In this document: positions 63,138 through 64,000 of the stretch, in pieces
How the letters are laid out: every line of letters starts with the position of its first letter
How positions within the stretch are numbered: position 1 is the stretch's first letter
Source of the DNA: Lama glama
Taxonomy: Eukaryota
Direction of reading: 5' to 3'
Length of the DNA stretch: 64,000 nucleotides
NCBI GenBank assembly: GCA_028534125.1
Contig: CM052832.1
Coordinates: 23,562,001-23,626,000 of the forward strand
Position numbers and translations under genes: made by a program
Notes under the pieces: model-generated
What the model saw: the letters and a program-made list of their open reading frames with translations, nothing else
What the model was told of the DNA's origin: nothing
The model's database searches: none

Positions 63138-63903
63138 TTTTCCCCCTTTTTGGTAGAAAACTGGTTTTAAAGGAACTGTTCCCTTGTAAGTTTGCTGTTT
63201 TGTATTTGTCGTTCCTCCTGGAATAGGTCCCACCCCCTCACCCTGCTCCCAGCCCGTGTGGGTTCCATTCTCCTTTCTCTGCACCGAAGAGAATAGAAAC
63301 CCCGTGAGCCCAGTGACCACGTCTGCCTGGTTCACTTTTGTAAACACAGCACTTACTGCAGTTCCTGGTACACACTCAATTCTTGGTAAACGTTTGTTGA
63401 GTGAATAAATTTACCCCATCACAGCCCGCACACACCTCTGTTGCAGTGGCTAGCCTACACTGTTGGTGCCGGGTTTTTACTTCTCTGTCTTTCCCCACTT
63501 GACTGTAAGTGCCCAGACTTTCTCTTGGTGTTCCCCTGAGGCCAGATGTTTGATCAAGTGAGTAAGTGAATGGATACAGGAGGGGGGGAAAGAGATGACT
63601 CCAGGTAGAATATGATCACTGCCTTTACGCTGCTCATGGGCTGTCCTGCAGAAGAAAGATAAGAATGAAGATGACTCCAGAATGCAAGGACAAAGACAAA
63701 TTTGGCTCAGAGTATGGCAGGATGATTACAGGGGCAGGCGATGGAGTGGACTGGCTCTGGAAATGAGCTTCCTGTTGCTAGAGATGGCCCAGTGGTCGCA
63801 GCCGAGCTGCCCACCGGAGATACTGTAGGGTGCATTCTGTCTGAGGTCGGTTTTGTCCATGGGATGCCTTTTAACCCCACGCTGCTCTGCTTCCTTGCCC
63901 CAG

Positions 63904-64000
63904 GTTGCAGGGCGCCTCCACGTGGAAGTGATGCGAGTTACGGGAGCTGTCCCGGAGCGCGTGGTGGAGGACGACTCCTCGGAGAACTCCAGTGAGAGTG
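63904..64000 (+). CDS. KIF13A: KIF13A exon (~21, cut by window end): VAGRLHVEVMRVTGAVPERVVEDDSSENSSES
   Basis: ttgccccag| acceptor; continues ...QQGE|VAGRLHVEV. Confidence 0.93.

Overview
Mammalian genomic DNA, probably camelid (inferred from a tRNA-derived SINE family and the L1 ends). The window lies inside the kinesin-3 gene KIF13A on the + strand. Eighteen GT-AG coding exons (about exons 4-21 by human numbering; the last is cut by the window end) splice into one open frame. They cover most of the motor domain, the neck coil/CC1, the FHA domain and the start of the stalk. The introns contain L1, SINE, MIR/L2, MaLR LTR and DNA-transposon remnants, plus a 500-N gap. The most interesting observations are: (1) three frame-preserving microexon candidates (15 nt at the neck-coil/CC1 hinge; 9 nt and 30 nt in intron 16); (2) two poison-exon candidates; (3) an apparently full-length antisense L1 spanning the gap, with a TSD and a likely short 3' transduction. 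These come from reading the sequence only and need RNA-seq and conservation tests. There is no prokaryotic-type system here. Repeat subfamily names and exon numbers come from memory, and repeat boundaries are approximate.
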